63,736 nt of DNA, filler included, from Nemertoderma westbladi (GCA_032718475.1; 6 parts of 6 records of this genome joined end to end with filler, not necessarily neighbours in it), one strand, 5' to 3'; counted from the first letter of the whole stretch, positions 1 to 12,832 are shown. Notes: generated by a model not told the origin, from the letters alone. Translations and numbers: made by a program.

Positions 1-1
1 A

Positions 2-2118
2 CAGTCCCGCTCTCAAAAAGCATTCCTTTGATCAAAATGTGTCCATAGAATATCATTGAAAGTAGCATTGACATTGAAATGACATTGATGGCATATTGAA
101 ATGACCTTGAAATCGATGGACCGAAATTCCAGACTTTCTGTCTCATATTGAAATGACATTGAAATGATTTCAAGGTAACAGTTTGCATCTCTCTTCTGCG
201 GCATGCCTTTGAACTCAGATTCCCGCCGAGAACTGGCTTTTGTTAATGGCCAAGCCGCGATGTGATTGACAGGGCGGTGGATGGAGCTTGCTTGACTTTG
301 TGGATGGACAGCGATTGGATTTACAAGGCGGTGTTGTGGTAGTGTCCCAGACTAAGTTTTGTTCTTGTAGGGCAGGGCCTATTATTACACCAATAACTAG
401 TTCAGAAAAACAGCCTTTGGAATATTTTTAAATTATTGTTATATTAGAAATTAGTTACAATGTTCCTTAAGAATCAAAGCCAAAGACCTCCATTGACGTA
501 GCAGCGCGATGGCTGCCGTTGCATTGCATTTGCTTATACAGTAATTGTGTAAATTCGACAAGCTTCCTTCCTGCCCCTGTCTCTAATTATACTAATAAAT
601 GTAAATAAAGAAATTAATAAATCCAAGCGCTAGCGCCAGCGCCAGCGCACCCCCTAAAATACCTTCTAAAAATTTACGTAATTTAATTTTAATACTCTGA
701 TAAGGTAATTTTATTGAAAACCTAAATTGTTTTAAAGTAAACTATGTTATGTACATCATTAGTTACGTATTTTTTAATTCAGTTTAACGTATTGTAATTA
801 TAAATTTTAAAATATTAAAAATCAAATTGGGTTAGTAATACTGTACTTATTAAATTATGCTCATTCATTTTTAATTAATGGAGGGTTTTAACCATCCGGC
901 CGACAAACCACACTTTTGCTCACAGGTCGATGTAAGACAAGGCATCAATATAACCCCAGTGATCCCATACCCTCTTCTCTTGTTGTGGACTATTTACTAT
1001 ATCATTGTACAAGCTGCGGACCTGCACCCCCCCCCCCCCCCCCCCCCATTATAATGTGTTGTAGCCATCCACATAGTACACATAGTTGCTTTGCGACACG
1101 GCCAGCTCAGTGCCAGGAGGCCAATCTCTTTGGTTCGCGGCCTCCTGTGTGTGGGTTAGTTGGCTGTCTAATTTCTTGGGAGCCTTTAGTAAATTTCGAA
1201 ATTTCGGGGAATTCCATTCCACAGCAGATAAATGGTTTTACATGCTGGGGCGGCATAAGCTAAGAGCCATTACGATGCTATGCCTTTACTTTGTTAATGG
1301 TCTGTCGCTGTCGGGACCCCAAGCTAATAATAATATACAGCAAATAGCACTGAGACCGGACCGCTGACTCCTGTACTCCCTATGACATAATTTGTTGTGA
1401 CTCGAATCAATTATTTATCCTTACAAGAAAGCAACGTTATTTCCCACTTGTGGCGAAGCTTTCTGTTTAGAAAAATGCCTTTGTTTCAGAAAATTTTGAA
1501 TGTGGATCTTTAATATATATATATATTTTTTTCTCATTTCAACTGGAAAGGGTTTTTCAGTATGCTTTCACATGGCCTCCCCCTCGCTCGGTACACGGTA
1601 CGCTAGTTGCCCCCCCCCCCCCCCCCCCCCCCCATTATAAAGTATTGTAGCCATCCACCCAACACATTGCGTAACTCCGAATTAAACTCCACACAGCCCC
1701 TACCCGCCCTTGCTTTCATTACCACCACACCGCCAAGTGGAGATTCAATTGCGGCTGTTATTTTCTGATAATCGCTATAAATTATTATAACCTAGGCGGT
1801 CCGGTTTAAATAACGGCTATAGCGTACAAACCTATGGTATGATATGGGCGTGGTGTCCTGTGTGCTCTGCAGACATCCTACAAAGCACATGGAGCATTAT
1901 ACACACAGGGAGAGCGAGAGAGAGAGAGAGAGAGAGGGCTGTTTGATTGACACACGGCTCAGTGGGAATCTAGACTTTGAAGTGCAGCGCCTTTGGTAGA
2001 ACTCAATGGCAGGATTTATAAGCCTGGTTCATTTCAATATTTGATCAAACTTTGATCAATGTTTGATCAAAGTTTGATCAATGTTTGATCAAAGGAATTC
2101 TTTTTGAGAGTGGGACTG
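2..2118. mobile_element. Non-autonomous TIR DNA transposon (Tc1/mariner-pogo-like, TA target)
   Basis: 35-bp terminal inverted repeats at 2-36 (cagtcccgctctcaaaaagcattcctttgatcaaa) and 2084-2118 with 2 mismatches. TA follows at 2119-2120 and the A of the left TA is at position 1. Subterminal tttgatcaa repeats at 2040-2093. No transposase ORF. Confidence 0.75.
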
Positions 2119-3620
2119 TAGTGACTCCTAATGCGTGAGCGAAGAAACCAAAGCGCTTAGCGGTCTAGCGGATAAGCAAAGTGAAAAGTTTTAATAAAAT
2201 TAGAACATCTCAGAGTACAAAAACAATTTTTTTACCAAATGTTATCGTCCATCCAGGGAGTGTGTGCACGAAATATCAAGCCAGTTTACCGAAAGCAGCA
2301 AAGGTTATTGCCAATCAAAGTTTCTAGGTCTCCGCGAAGCCAAAGATGATCAATTCTTGACCATATCAGAGCAAGGTGCATCTTACGTTGAAAACTGACT
2401 TTATTTTCAGACTCAGGATCGAAAAATACTTCTTGGCACTCAATTTTGTGACTATTAGGTACATACATATAGTCCTATGACCAAAAAAGGCCATAACGTC
2501 TCACCCGCGAAAGCGTCATCTTAGTCGCGATAGCCGTAAATGTAGCCCGCATTGAAATGCTATAACTTTTGATTCCCTGGAGGGATTGACCTAAAATTTT
2601 CAACAACTCTTAGTTACATATTGGTATTCAATCCCTGAAATTTTCACGAAATTCTGAGAGGGTGGGTTACATGGCCTGGATGACTTGACAAGGAATTACC
2701 CATTGATGAAATGAAATTAATCTACTTACTGTTCTTAGGAAGCATCCTCAATTAAATTATCCGATTTAATGCGATTAAGTACTACTAGTAGGCAAGTACA
2801 GTAGAAATAGAAATGCAGCAGGGCCTATACTGTAACACATACAGTACCAGTAAATATACTGCGTGTACGTCATGTACGAATGTATATGAATGAATACAAA
2901 TGTATATGAATGTATAAATGCTACGAATGTATATGTGACGGAATAATAAATTAGTAATACATATTTTAACACATTCAAACATTTGAACAAATTTAATCAA
3001 CCGATAATAATAAATATGAGTTTTATTTTAATATTTTAATATATTAATATATTATTATACAGTGATAATATATATAATTATAGTATAGTATGTATTATTA
3101 TTGTGTATATTATTTATATTTTTATTTTGATGTATTAAATCTAATTTAATACCGGTACATGAACTATTGTAATTCTAAAATACTACCGTAATGGTCCCAG
3201 ACTTGCTGGTTTTGTTTACATGTGGTGACCATAGCAACAAGTTATATATTGTATTGCGTTTATTGTATTTTATTTGGATTCAATATATGTAATTTAATTA
3301 ATTTAATTAATAATAATTTAACATTTAAATTAATTAGTACGTCGATGTGAAGCCAGAATTTTCGATTTTTTCCTTAAATTTTTTAAATACCTGTATGAGT
3401 TTTATTTAATTGGCTTTTTTAAGCAACACTGATATGAGTTTTTATTTATTTTACATACCGGTACCATTGTCAGCTTTGAAATGCTCCACTTCAATCTTTT
3501 CCATCACCCAATTCCGGTTTATATATGCAACAATACCATCTTCATTTTTTACTTTAATTCCTGTAATTAATAATTAATTATATAATTAATTTATCTTAGA
3601 TAATGTTTTTTTGGAGATAA

Positions 3621-4958
3621 GGGGGCGGGGGCTTTACCTTTTTTAGGCCAAAAAAAATCAAAAAACCATATTTTGGTCGATTTTTTTGTGTAGAAATTAA
3701 TGGCGAATCCGAATATGTAAGTTATTGCTTCCAAACATGTTTAGTTTTTGAGATTTTACAGATTTTCAAGATTTAGCGATTTTACAGTGATATGTAGGGC
3801 CTCTGCATAAAAATCAAATGGACAATATTTTACTGAAAAAATAAATTTTCTAACAAATAGACAGACTAGATTTAGCCAAACATTAAAACTGACATCGGAA
3901 ATGAAATCAGCGAATTCGAAAACCCCAAAGTTAAAATTTTCGCTATATCGCTGTTTTATTATGTATTGACAGTCATACCAACAGACAAACAAACAGGCTG
4001 ACAGACAGTCAGTCTGACAGGATAGACAGACAAGATTTCACCAAACATCAAAACTGACCTCGGAAATGAAATCAGCGAATTCGAAAACCCCAAAGTTAAA
4101 ATTTTCGCTATATCGCTGTTTTATTATGTATTGACAGTCATACCAACAGACAAACAAACAGGCTGACAGACAGTCAGTCTGACAGGATAGACAGACAAGA
4201 TTTCACCAAACATCAAAACTGACCTCGGAAATGAAATCTCCGACTACGAAAACCCAAAAAGCGAAAATTTTAGCGATCTCCTGTGTTTTTTTTCTATTTT
4301 GACGGACAATTCAAGAAACACCGACAGTCAGACAGGCAGACTAGACTTTGCCAAACTCGAAAACTGATATCAGAAATAGAATCACCGACCATGAGAACCC
4401 CCGTTGTGAAATTTCCAGCTATGTGCTTCTTTAACAACAGTCATAAATGACTATTTTAATTATTACATTAATAGTCAGATAGAGAGACAGACAAATTTGC
4501 GCGGGAAGGTTTAAATTTTAAATGCATTTTACTCAGAATAATTATTTCTCGTTTTAGCGCTACTCAAAATGCTAAAACTCCACCATTTTTTTATCAAATC
4601 GTTTGAAATTTTCAGGAAATGGTTTTGAGATATTGACTAATAAAACATGTAGTCGGAATTTTGAAATTTTGAGTATAAGTCATGTTTTGGACCAATAATT
4701 TGAATAAAAATTACATTTTTTCGTTAAAATCGCACTTCTGTTCAAAATTAAGTAAAAAAATGTCGGAGTTTTAGCAATTAGACTGAAAATCATAAAATTG
4801 TAAGTAAAATTGGCGGGAAATTCAAATTTAAATGTTTTCCTTGAAAAATTACTATAAGAACTCAATAATGCATAAGTATGTATAATTTCAATGTGTATAT
4901 ACAAAAATACTCCTTTAATCGTTCAAAAACTGGAGGTGTCTCCAAAAGGTAAGCTCCC
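3621..4958. mobile_element. Non-autonomous DNA transposon, GG...CC termini with TTAA-like flanks (Kolobok-like)
   Basis: Left end ataa|gggggcgggggctttacctttt, right end aaaaggtaagctccc|ttaa (imperfect TIR). Internal ~165-bp direct repeats (aaaactgac at 3885, 4050, 4215). A related fragment lies at ~18780-19820. Confidence 0.5.
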
Positions 4959-7906
4959 TTAAGTAAGTTAAATACTGAAGTACGCTTTAACGTTGACATT
5001 ACTGTAAATAATTAACATAGGTTTAAATAAAGTAAATTTAATCAATATCATGAAGTACTGTAATATATTAAATGTATATTTTAGTTTATAAATATTTAAA
5101 TAATTAAGTAATCCAATTATTATATTATTAAAAATTATTATTTAATTATTAAATTGAAGGACTACCGGACTATCTGTCCGACTACTGTTAATGTTACCGG
5201 CATGTTATATCTGAAAAGTTTGTTTTATCTCGACAAGCAGATATCTCTAATATTTCGGCTGGATATGTCTTAGTATCTTTCCATTTACAATAATGCAAAT
5301 CTCCAACTTAAATAAATAATTTTAATTTATTGATTAATTGTAATATTGATAAATTATTCTGAAACAGGACAATTAACAAAAGTTAACGAAAGTCCGAAAG
5401 TTGTGCAAAAGTTATTGTCAATAAAAGCAGGTGCGCAAGATATCCATTCATTGATAGGGCGCGAATGTACTGTATGAGCAATTTTTCGAATAATAGCTCT
5501 ATATTACTGTATTTCAAACAAACCTATGAAACGAAAGCTTTAATACCAACATATGGTGTATGGTGTAAATAAAATAAACATGCACATAAAGGTTGGTAGG
5601 CCTACTGTAAAATATGAAAGTTGTTATGTGACCATATAATACTGTATTGTATGACAGATAATGGAAAATGGGATACACATTATTTATAGGTTATTTGGGG
5701 ATGGGGATATAATAAAATGAATATACAATATAATAAAAATAGTAAAAATATATATAATATAATAAAATGTCGTTGCACGGTTGAAATATTGTACAATTCA
5801 ATTTTTGGTTATAGCGTGGCCGGGGGAGTTTTAAAATAGATCGTGTAAAAAATTAGAATAGATCATTTCACGGCGTACAGGAACAGTGAGCGATTTAGTG
5901 TTTTTAGTAGAGTCGGGACGCCAGTGCAACTGAGGCCGTGGTCCTTGTCAACTTGTCAAACAAACCTATGCGAAATATATATTCACTTACACCATGCCCC
6001 AGAATATAGTGTCGTAATTCAGGTACCTCCCCCCCCCCCCAAAAAAAATTTTTTTTTTTCTACAAATCTTAATGAGATTGCATGGAATTTGAAACAGAGA
6101 TAGTTTCACCTCCCTCCTCCTTCCTGGGTGAGCCAGAACTTCTATTTTCGCTTTTATTCTTTAGCTACAAGCGTTTGAAAAAGTCTACGACGATATTGCA
6201 CTTGTTACAACGCAGTTATTCCTCAACCTTATCGTGACTTGTTGGTACCAATGGAAAGCTGGCCGTTCTAGGATTCCAAATGTGTAAAATCATTTGAATT
6301 TGGTTGGGAAATAGCTGAGCTACGGGCATTTGAAAGTTGCATGTACAGTAGTATTTGCTTCCAGAGCAGGCCATTTATTCTATTAAATACATACACAATA
6401 TTCTAGAACATTTTGTTTATCTAATAAGTAGCTGGGCAACAGTGCGATGCCCATTTAATAATACTAGTACGTGGATATTCCTACTGGAATTAATAATGAT
6501 AATTGAAATGGCATAAATGGACTATTATTCGATAAAAAAAAGTAAGCGGAAAACACCGGTTTTTTTCACTCATTTATTAGTTTAGCGAAATTTAACTATT
6601 CTACCCGAGTGGTTGAGTTTTACACGAGTTGGCAAGTTTTTAGCACGAGCGAAGCGAGTGCTAGAATGCCAACGAGTGGAAAACTCAACACACGAGGGCA
6701 GAATATCTAATTGTATAGGCTAATTGTACAGTAAGATTATTTACCGTGCAGTTGTTACAGTAACTGCAATAATTATTAATTACATAAAAATGAAATTTAT
6801 AAATATTCCTAAACTTGACTTCATAGACATAGGCCTAATATTTAAGCTTATTTAAGCATACAGAACGCCGATTATATGACATAATGTAACAAAATTTCGT
6901 ACACCATTGTGTGAAAAGTGCACTATTCAGCGTTTATGACCATTGTGTACATGTAGACCTATTTATGTAAACTTTCCACGCTGCGCTCGCTCGTTACATA
7001 ATTACACTCGGGTCATAACTCTCAAAAGTGCTATTTTTAACACACCATGATGTAAATAAAATACAGTAGTTTTTACAGTAAATAATTATCAACGAATAAG
7101 CCCCCACCTTTAAATCTGTTTTATTTATCATTATTTTCGATTTTCCTAGCTGTTGAATCTCTTTAATAACCTTTAATAATTTCGATCCGTCGTGCTCTTC
7201 TCCTCTATCCATAGTATTTCGATCAAGTTACGGAATAGAAACTTGCGACGTAGCCTACTATTAGGTACTAGTTACCGGTAGACCTACTCTATATACTGGG
7301 TAGAAGTCAATACATAAAAAAATCACACTATCTTAAAATACCTTCTAGAAATATATTACATACCGGGTACCAGTTAAGGTACTAAATAAAAATTACTAAA
7401 AGTAAATACGTAATAAGTAAAAGTACTATAATAAGTAATAACAAAGTAGTAGTACTAATATAGTACTAATACATATACTAATAAGTAAAAGTATAAGTAA
7501 ATACCTACATATATCAGGAAAATGGCAGATATTTCCAATATGATAAAGACCTAATCATAAATAATATTGTGAATAAATAATCGAAACAAAATAATAATAT
7601 AATAGTAAAAATAATTAAATCGGAAGCGTATACCACGTGTAATATTTATTATAATATTTTGTAATTTATTATAATAATAATAATCATTGTAATATAAATA
7701 AATGTATTTATAATAATATTTTAACATATATTATAATATTGAAAATAAACAGTAATTAATATAATAATAAATAACATAATATAATATTTGATTAATTACA
7801 AATTTAGAGCCGATTGTCTGCCAATCGGTTCGAAGACAACCTCTTTTTCCGGGATATCCGCGACTTTATATAGCCGGAAATTGGATAATCACTTTGATTG
7901 GCTTAA

Positions 7907-9394
7907 ATGATACCCATAACTGTTATTGTTTCCATGGTAACAACTGCTCTAGAATTGAGTGCTTTTATCCGTAGAACAACTGCTCTCGCCGAGTCCATTC
8001 CGACGATCGACGACCGCGATGCCCGCCTCCAGGAGATCCGGACAGCCGGTGCCGTCGACCCGATCTACGTGGCGCTCCTCGCCACGATCCGGGACGGCTG
8101 GCCGACGTCCCGCCACAACGTGGCTAATGACGACATGCGGCCCTACTTCCAGCACCGCACGGAACTGATGGTCCATGATGGAGTAATCCTTCGCGGGCCG
8201 CAGATCTACATCCCGGGGGCGCTCCGGCCCAACACCCTCCGACTGCTCCACGCCGCCCACCAGGGACTCAATAAAACCCGGGAACGCGCGGCCCGGTCGG
8301 TCTGGTGGCCTACGATATCGAACGACATCGCCGTCGCCATCGAACGCTGCCAGTCCTGCCAGTCGTCCCTGCCCTCCCACGCACCGGAACCCCTCCAACG
8401 GAACCCCGAGGCCACCCGCCCATTCCAGAGGATCCACGCCGACCTGTTTGTCGTCGACAGCACCAACTACATGGTCGCTACCGACGAATATACCGGCTGG
8501 CCCACGTTGTTCCTCCTCGGTTCCGATACGACATCCGCTGCCATCATCCGTAACCTCCGGCTCCTGTTCCTCGCCACAGCAGTCCCCCTGGAGTTCCACC
8601 CAGATGGCGGCCCACAGTTCGTATCCGAGGCCGTGAAGAACTTCCTCAACAACTGGGGGGTTCACTTAAACCCGTCGTCGCCCCACCTACCCCGCACAAA
8701 CGGCCACGCCGAAGCCGCCGTCAAGGCGATGAAGCGACTCGTCCGGGGCGCCAACCACGACATCGACCTTATAGCCCAGGGTGTACTCGCGTTCCGCAAC
8801 ACCCCACGATATGGAGGGCGCTCACCTGCGGAACTCCTCTATGGACGCAATATCCGGGAAGCTTTGCCCGCCCACTTCAACTCATTCGACCCCAAGTGGA
8901 GGAAGAGCTTCCAGGAACTCGACGAGGTTGCCGAACAGACTAAAAGCAACCTCCGCGCAGCCTACGACCTCCGCACCCGCCCCCTCCATGCCATACCCGT
9001 AGGGACACCCGTCCTCGTCCAGGACGCTACCACCAAGCGTTGGACGGGACGAGGCGTGGTCGTCGAGGCGCTGGCGAACCACGACTACATGGTCCGCCAG
9101 GAGAGTGGACGCGTCCTGCGGCGCAACCGCGTCTTCCTCCGCCCACGCACCGCCTCGGAAGGCGGACCACCCACTCCCACCCCGATCCTACCCAGCCCTC
9201 CCCCGGCTATCCCGCAAATCGCTCCGCCCGCTGCCCCAGAGCCCGAGGCCCCTCGGCCAGTGACACCCCCGACCTGGGCCGACATCGCCGCACCGACCCC
9301 ACCACAACGCGCGGACCAACGGACCCAATCAATTACACGTTCTGGGCGCAATATCCGACCCCCCCAGCGCTATGGATTCACAGACCCGCTATAG
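7907..9394 (+). mobile_element. Gypsy/Ty3 LTR retrotransposon pol 3' fragment (integrase), 5'-truncated
   Basis: HHCC zinc motif (LHAAHQG...CQSC), DDE core (RIHADLF / FHPDGGPQF / NGHAEAAV), SPAELLYGR, C-terminal GRVLRRNR and RSGRNIRPP. Sharp switch to GC-rich sequence at ~7985, so the first ~25 codons are probably flanking DNA. No RT or RNase H. Confidence 0.9.
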
Positions 9395-9485
9395 TTGTGA
9401 AATACACAATCGGGAGACAGGGAGACCCATTGAATTATACCTACAATATAAAGAAGAACTTTTTTCTTTCTTTTTTCAAGAAAAA

Positions 9486-9651
9486 GCTTTTTTCAGAAGA
9501 ACCGAGGACCTCATACCCACTCAGCTATAGAAAGTGTTTAATGGGGGGGGGGGGTGCTTTTTTCAGAAGAACCGAGGACCTCATACCCACTCCGCTATAG
9601 AAAGAGTTTAATGGGGGGGGGGGGGGGGGGGGGGTGCTTTTTTCAGAAGAA
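9486..9651. repeat. ~70-bp tandem repeat with poly-G, running into the gap
   Basis: gctttttttcagaagaa starts at 9486, 9556 and 9636; the first two continue accgaggacctcatacccactc...aatg(G)n. Confidence 0.85.
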
Positions 9652-9751
9652 NNNNNNNNNNNNNNNNNNNNNNNNNNNNNNNNNNNNNNNNNNNNTTAAT
9701 TAATTAANNNNNNNNNNNNNNNNNNNNNNNNNNNNNNNNNNNNNNNNNNNN
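9652..9751. other. Artificial assembly spacer (N + TTAATTAATTAA + N)
   Basis: 100-nt block with a six-frame stop linker. Identical blocks at 23022-23121, 31740-31839, 39567-39666 and 59096-59195. Confidence 0.97.
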
Positions 9752-10340
9752 AGCAGAGTACCCAACCCAGGGCGGCCAGTAGACATCTTTACCCACAGAG
9801 GGCGATACGCGCAGTTAATCAGCTGGTAGCAGAGTACCCAACCCATGCCGGCCAGTAGACATCTTTACCTACAGAGGGCGATACGCGCAGTTAATCAGCT
9901 GGTAGCAGAGTACCCAACTCAGGGCGGCCAGTAGACATCTTTACTCACAGATGGCGATACGCGCAGTTAACAGCTGGTAGCAGAGTACCCAACCCATGGC
10001 GGCCAGTAGACATCTTTACCTACAGAGGGCGATACGCGCAGTTAATCAGCTGGTAGCAGAGTACCCAACTCAGGGCGGCCAGTAGACATCTTTACCCACA
10101 GAGGGCGATACGCGCAGTTAATCAGCTGGTAGCAGAGTACCCAACCCAGGGCGGCCAGTAGACATCTTTACCCACAGAGGGCGATACGCGCAGTTAATCA
10201 GCTGGTAGCAGAGTACCCAACCCAGGGCGGCCAGTAGACATCTTTACCCACAGAGGGCGATACGCGCAGTTAATCAGCTGGTAGCAGAGTACCCAACCCA
10301 GGGCGGCCAGTAGACATCTTTACCCACAGAGGGAGATACG
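9752..10340. repeat. 76-bp satellite, ~7.7 copies (left end in gap)
   Basis: Unit agcagagtacccaacccagggcggccagtagacatctttacccacagagggcgatacgcgcagttaatcagctggt at 9752, 9828, 9904 and onward. Confidence 0.95.
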
Positions 10341-10637
10341 TTTTGTATACCATAGATTTAGAGGAAGGCTACCGCTCCGTACTAAGCTAATCATTGTATC
10401 ACTGTATCTTAGATCAATTAGAGAGACCGAAAGACCAGAAACGATATCTTCTATAGTTGTGATGGCGGTCTCTGAGTAACCCTAAGTAACATCCTGTCAG
10501 ACGGGAGTTTCGTCACTGCAATTATATATAAATAAATTTAGCATTATAATGTTTAGTACATATATTTTGCTCCAGTAGATAGTTTAATCGACTCTTCAAA
10601 TTCAACGGGGATCTTTTAAAGATAAATAAATCAACAT

Positions 10638-12152
10638 AAGCGAATGGATTAGATGAAATCCCAGCGGAGGTATGGAAAACCGGTAAACAGACCATTATTG
10701 AATGTTTGCAACCGGATGTTAAAAGGGGAAAAGCCACCACCAATTTGGACTAAAGGTCAACTAAAGCCTCTCCCCAAGAAAGGAGACCTCGGTATACCAA
10801 CAAACTATCGTGGGATCTGTCTGCTTGTGGTGGCTGCCAAAATATACAATAAAATGATTCTATATAGGATTAGGCCTCACATAGAGAAACTACTGCGTAA
10901 GAGCCAAAACGGATTTCGACCAAGTAGATCAACAATAGCTCAGATACTTGCACTACGGAGACTGATTGAAGGAATTAAGTCAAAGAATCTCCCCACTGTC
11001 ATGACTTTTGTGGACTTCAAGAAGGCATTCGACTCCATCCATAGAGGTAAAATGCTTGAAATCCTAAGAGCTTATGGAATACCAGAAGTAATTGTTGCTG
11101 GCATTGGATTATTATATTGTGACACAGAAGCGCAGGTACTCTCACCAGATGGTGAAACTGAGTTTTTCTCAATCCTGGCTGGCGTACTGCAAGGTGACAC
11201 ATTAGCACCATTACTATTTGTAATTGTGCTGGATTACGCAATGAGGACAGCCACAAAGGGTGAAGATCTGGGATTCACACTTCAAGAACGCAGAAGTAGT
11301 AGATATCCGGCAACTACAGTCACAGACACCGACTTTGCGGATGACATCGCCCTGCTCTCTAATACGCTAGCAGATGCACAGCTTCTACTAAATAAAGTGG
11401 AGAGGGCTGCTAAGGAGGTTGGATTGCATATAAATGCTACAAAGACCGAATTCATGACCTTTAATGTTGATGGGAACTTGACAACCATTGATAATAATCA
11501 ACTAAGGAAGGTCGATGACTTCCAGTACCTTGGATCATGGATAGAAAGTAGCAAAAAGGACATAGAAGTTAGGAAAGCAAAGGCTTGGGTAGCTCTATCA
11601 AAAATGGATACCATCTGGAAATCAGATCTCTCCAGGCACCTGAAGACTAAGTTCTTTCGAGCCACAGTGGAAAGTGTATTTTTATACGGGGGTGAGACCT
11701 GGACACTGACTAAATCACTTGAACAACGAATTGATGGTTGCTACACAAGACTACTAAGGGCAGCCCTAAACATCAGCTGGAGACAACACATGACAAACGC
11801 CGAGCTTTATGGTACAATACCACCTGTATCAACCACCCTCCGTGAACGCAGATTGAGATTCAGTGGGCACTGCTGGCGAAGTAAAGACGAGGTCATACCA
11901 GATCTACTTCTCTGGCAACCAACTCATGGAAAGCGTAGTCATGGACGACCTGCCATAACATATATAGGTCAACTTGAAAGGGATACTGAACTTGGGAGAA
12001 ACGAAATTGCGACAACTATGGAGAATCGGGAAGCCTGGAAGGATCTCATTTCCACTGTCCGAGTTCGCTCGACCTAGTAGTAGTTGGAGAATCGGGAAGC
12101 CTGGAAGGATCTCATTTCCACTGTCCGAGTTCGCTCGACCTAGTAGTAGTAG
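10638..12152 (+). mobile_element. RTE-clade LINE family A, 5'-truncated copy with duplicated 3' end
   Basis: 11-bp TSD taaatcaacat at 10627-10637 and 12153-12163. (TAG)n tail. Closely similar to 49690-51265. The last 66 nt are present twice. Confidence 0.93.
10653..12077 (+). CDS. Non-LTR reverse transcriptase domain plus C-terminus (partial ORF of LINE family A)
   Basis: NYRGICLL, QNGFR, FVDFKKAFDSI, GVLQGDTLAPLLF, DFADDIALL, GLHINATKTE, FQYLGS, RLRFSGHCWR. The stop codon is the first TAG of the tail. The first ~12 aa of the ORF are out of frame relative to the full-length copy. Confidence 0.9.
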   Translation: MKSQRRYGKPVNRPLLNVCNRMLKGEKPPPIWTKGQLKPLPKKGDLGIPTNYRGICLLVVAAKIYNKMILYRIRPHIEKLLRKSQNGFRPSRSTIAQILALRRLIEGIKSKNLPTVMTFVDFKKAFDSIHRGKMLEILRAYGIPEVIVAGIGLLYCDTEAQVLSPDGETEFFSILAGVLQGDTLAPLLFVIVLDYAMRTATKGEDLGFTLQERRSSRYPATTVTDTDFADDIALLSNTLADAQLLLNKVERAAKEVGLHINATKTEFMTFNVDGNLTTIDNNQLRKVDDFQYLGSWIESSKKDIEVRKAKAWVALSKMDTIWKSDLSRHLKTKFFRATVESVFLYGGETWTLTKSLEQRIDGCYTRLLRAALNISWRQHMTNAELYGTIPPVSTTLRERRLRFSGHCWRSKDEVIPDLLLWQPTHGKRSHGRPAITYIGQLERDTELGRNEIATTMENREAWKDLISTVRVRST

Positions 12153-12262
12153 TAAATCAACATCTTTCACAAATAGAAAGTATCTTTTTTGTTCTCTTTG
12201 TAATCAAAATATCTTCGAAATAGTAAAAGTATAGTTTATAGTAAAAGCATAATGCTTTTACT

Positions 12263-12308
12263 GTCCGACTGTCTAACTGTCCGAGTTCGCTCGACCTAGT
12301 AGTAGTAG
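12263..12308 (+). mobile_element. Ultra-short (~46 bp) LINE family A insertion
   Basis: ctgtccgagttcgctcgacc(tag)4 flanked by a 13-bp TSD with one mismatch: taatgcttttact (12250-12262) and taatgcatttact (12309-12321). Confidence 0.8.
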
Positions 12309-12615
12309 TAATGCATTTACTATTCCTCGAAAACTCTGATAAGTTATTATTTATTTCCCTTTTGGAATAATATTGAATATGACAAAGCAATCCAGCACTT
12401 TATTACACTTTTTTAACACTTTATTACTGTTCTCATCTCTATTAAATAAAGATCTTATTTTAAAATGAAACGCCCTGTAATCTTATTCAGTGCAAGTTGT
12501 CTTTTAGTAACTTGATTATTAACAAATTTTATATATATATTGATTATTCTAATGTTTTGTATTTCACGTGTGTCTACTCTTTTAGTACTGAATCATGTAA
12601 TTTTATTTCCATTAG

Positions 12616-12792
12616 GGAACAGACATTGCGCTGTTGCGTCGCTATAGGGTCTACCGTTTATGCCACACTAACTAAAGATAGCCGCGGTACAGCTGATTCT
12701 TGTTGCCATACAATATATCTCTACAGTTACCGGTCGGACAGTACTGACAGCTGTAATCTATGGAGTCAGATCAGCGCCCTAGAGGGTTGGAG
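12616..12792 (+). CDS. Putative internal exon of a kelch/beta-propeller-like host gene
   Basis: Pyrimidine tract + AG at 12614-12615 and GTGAG donor at 12793. Encodes EQTLRCCVAIGSTVYATL...LWSQISALEGW. Splices in frame to the exon at 14100. Confidence 0.5.
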
Positions 12793-12832
12793 GTGAGGTT
12801 TATTTTTAAATTATTATTATCTATGTGTGAGA

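Noticed and set aside
7949-9600. Antisense and alternate-frame ORFs over the Gypsy integrase
   Set aside because: They are expected shadow ORFs in GC-rich coding DNA.
9696-9707. TTAATTAATTAA motif repeated five times
   Set aside because: It is an artificial six-frame stop linker inside N-runs.
10480-10520. Possible minus-strand hammerhead ribozyme (cgaaactcc...gga-tgtta)
   Set aside because: No CUGANGA core upstream and stem III is imperfect.
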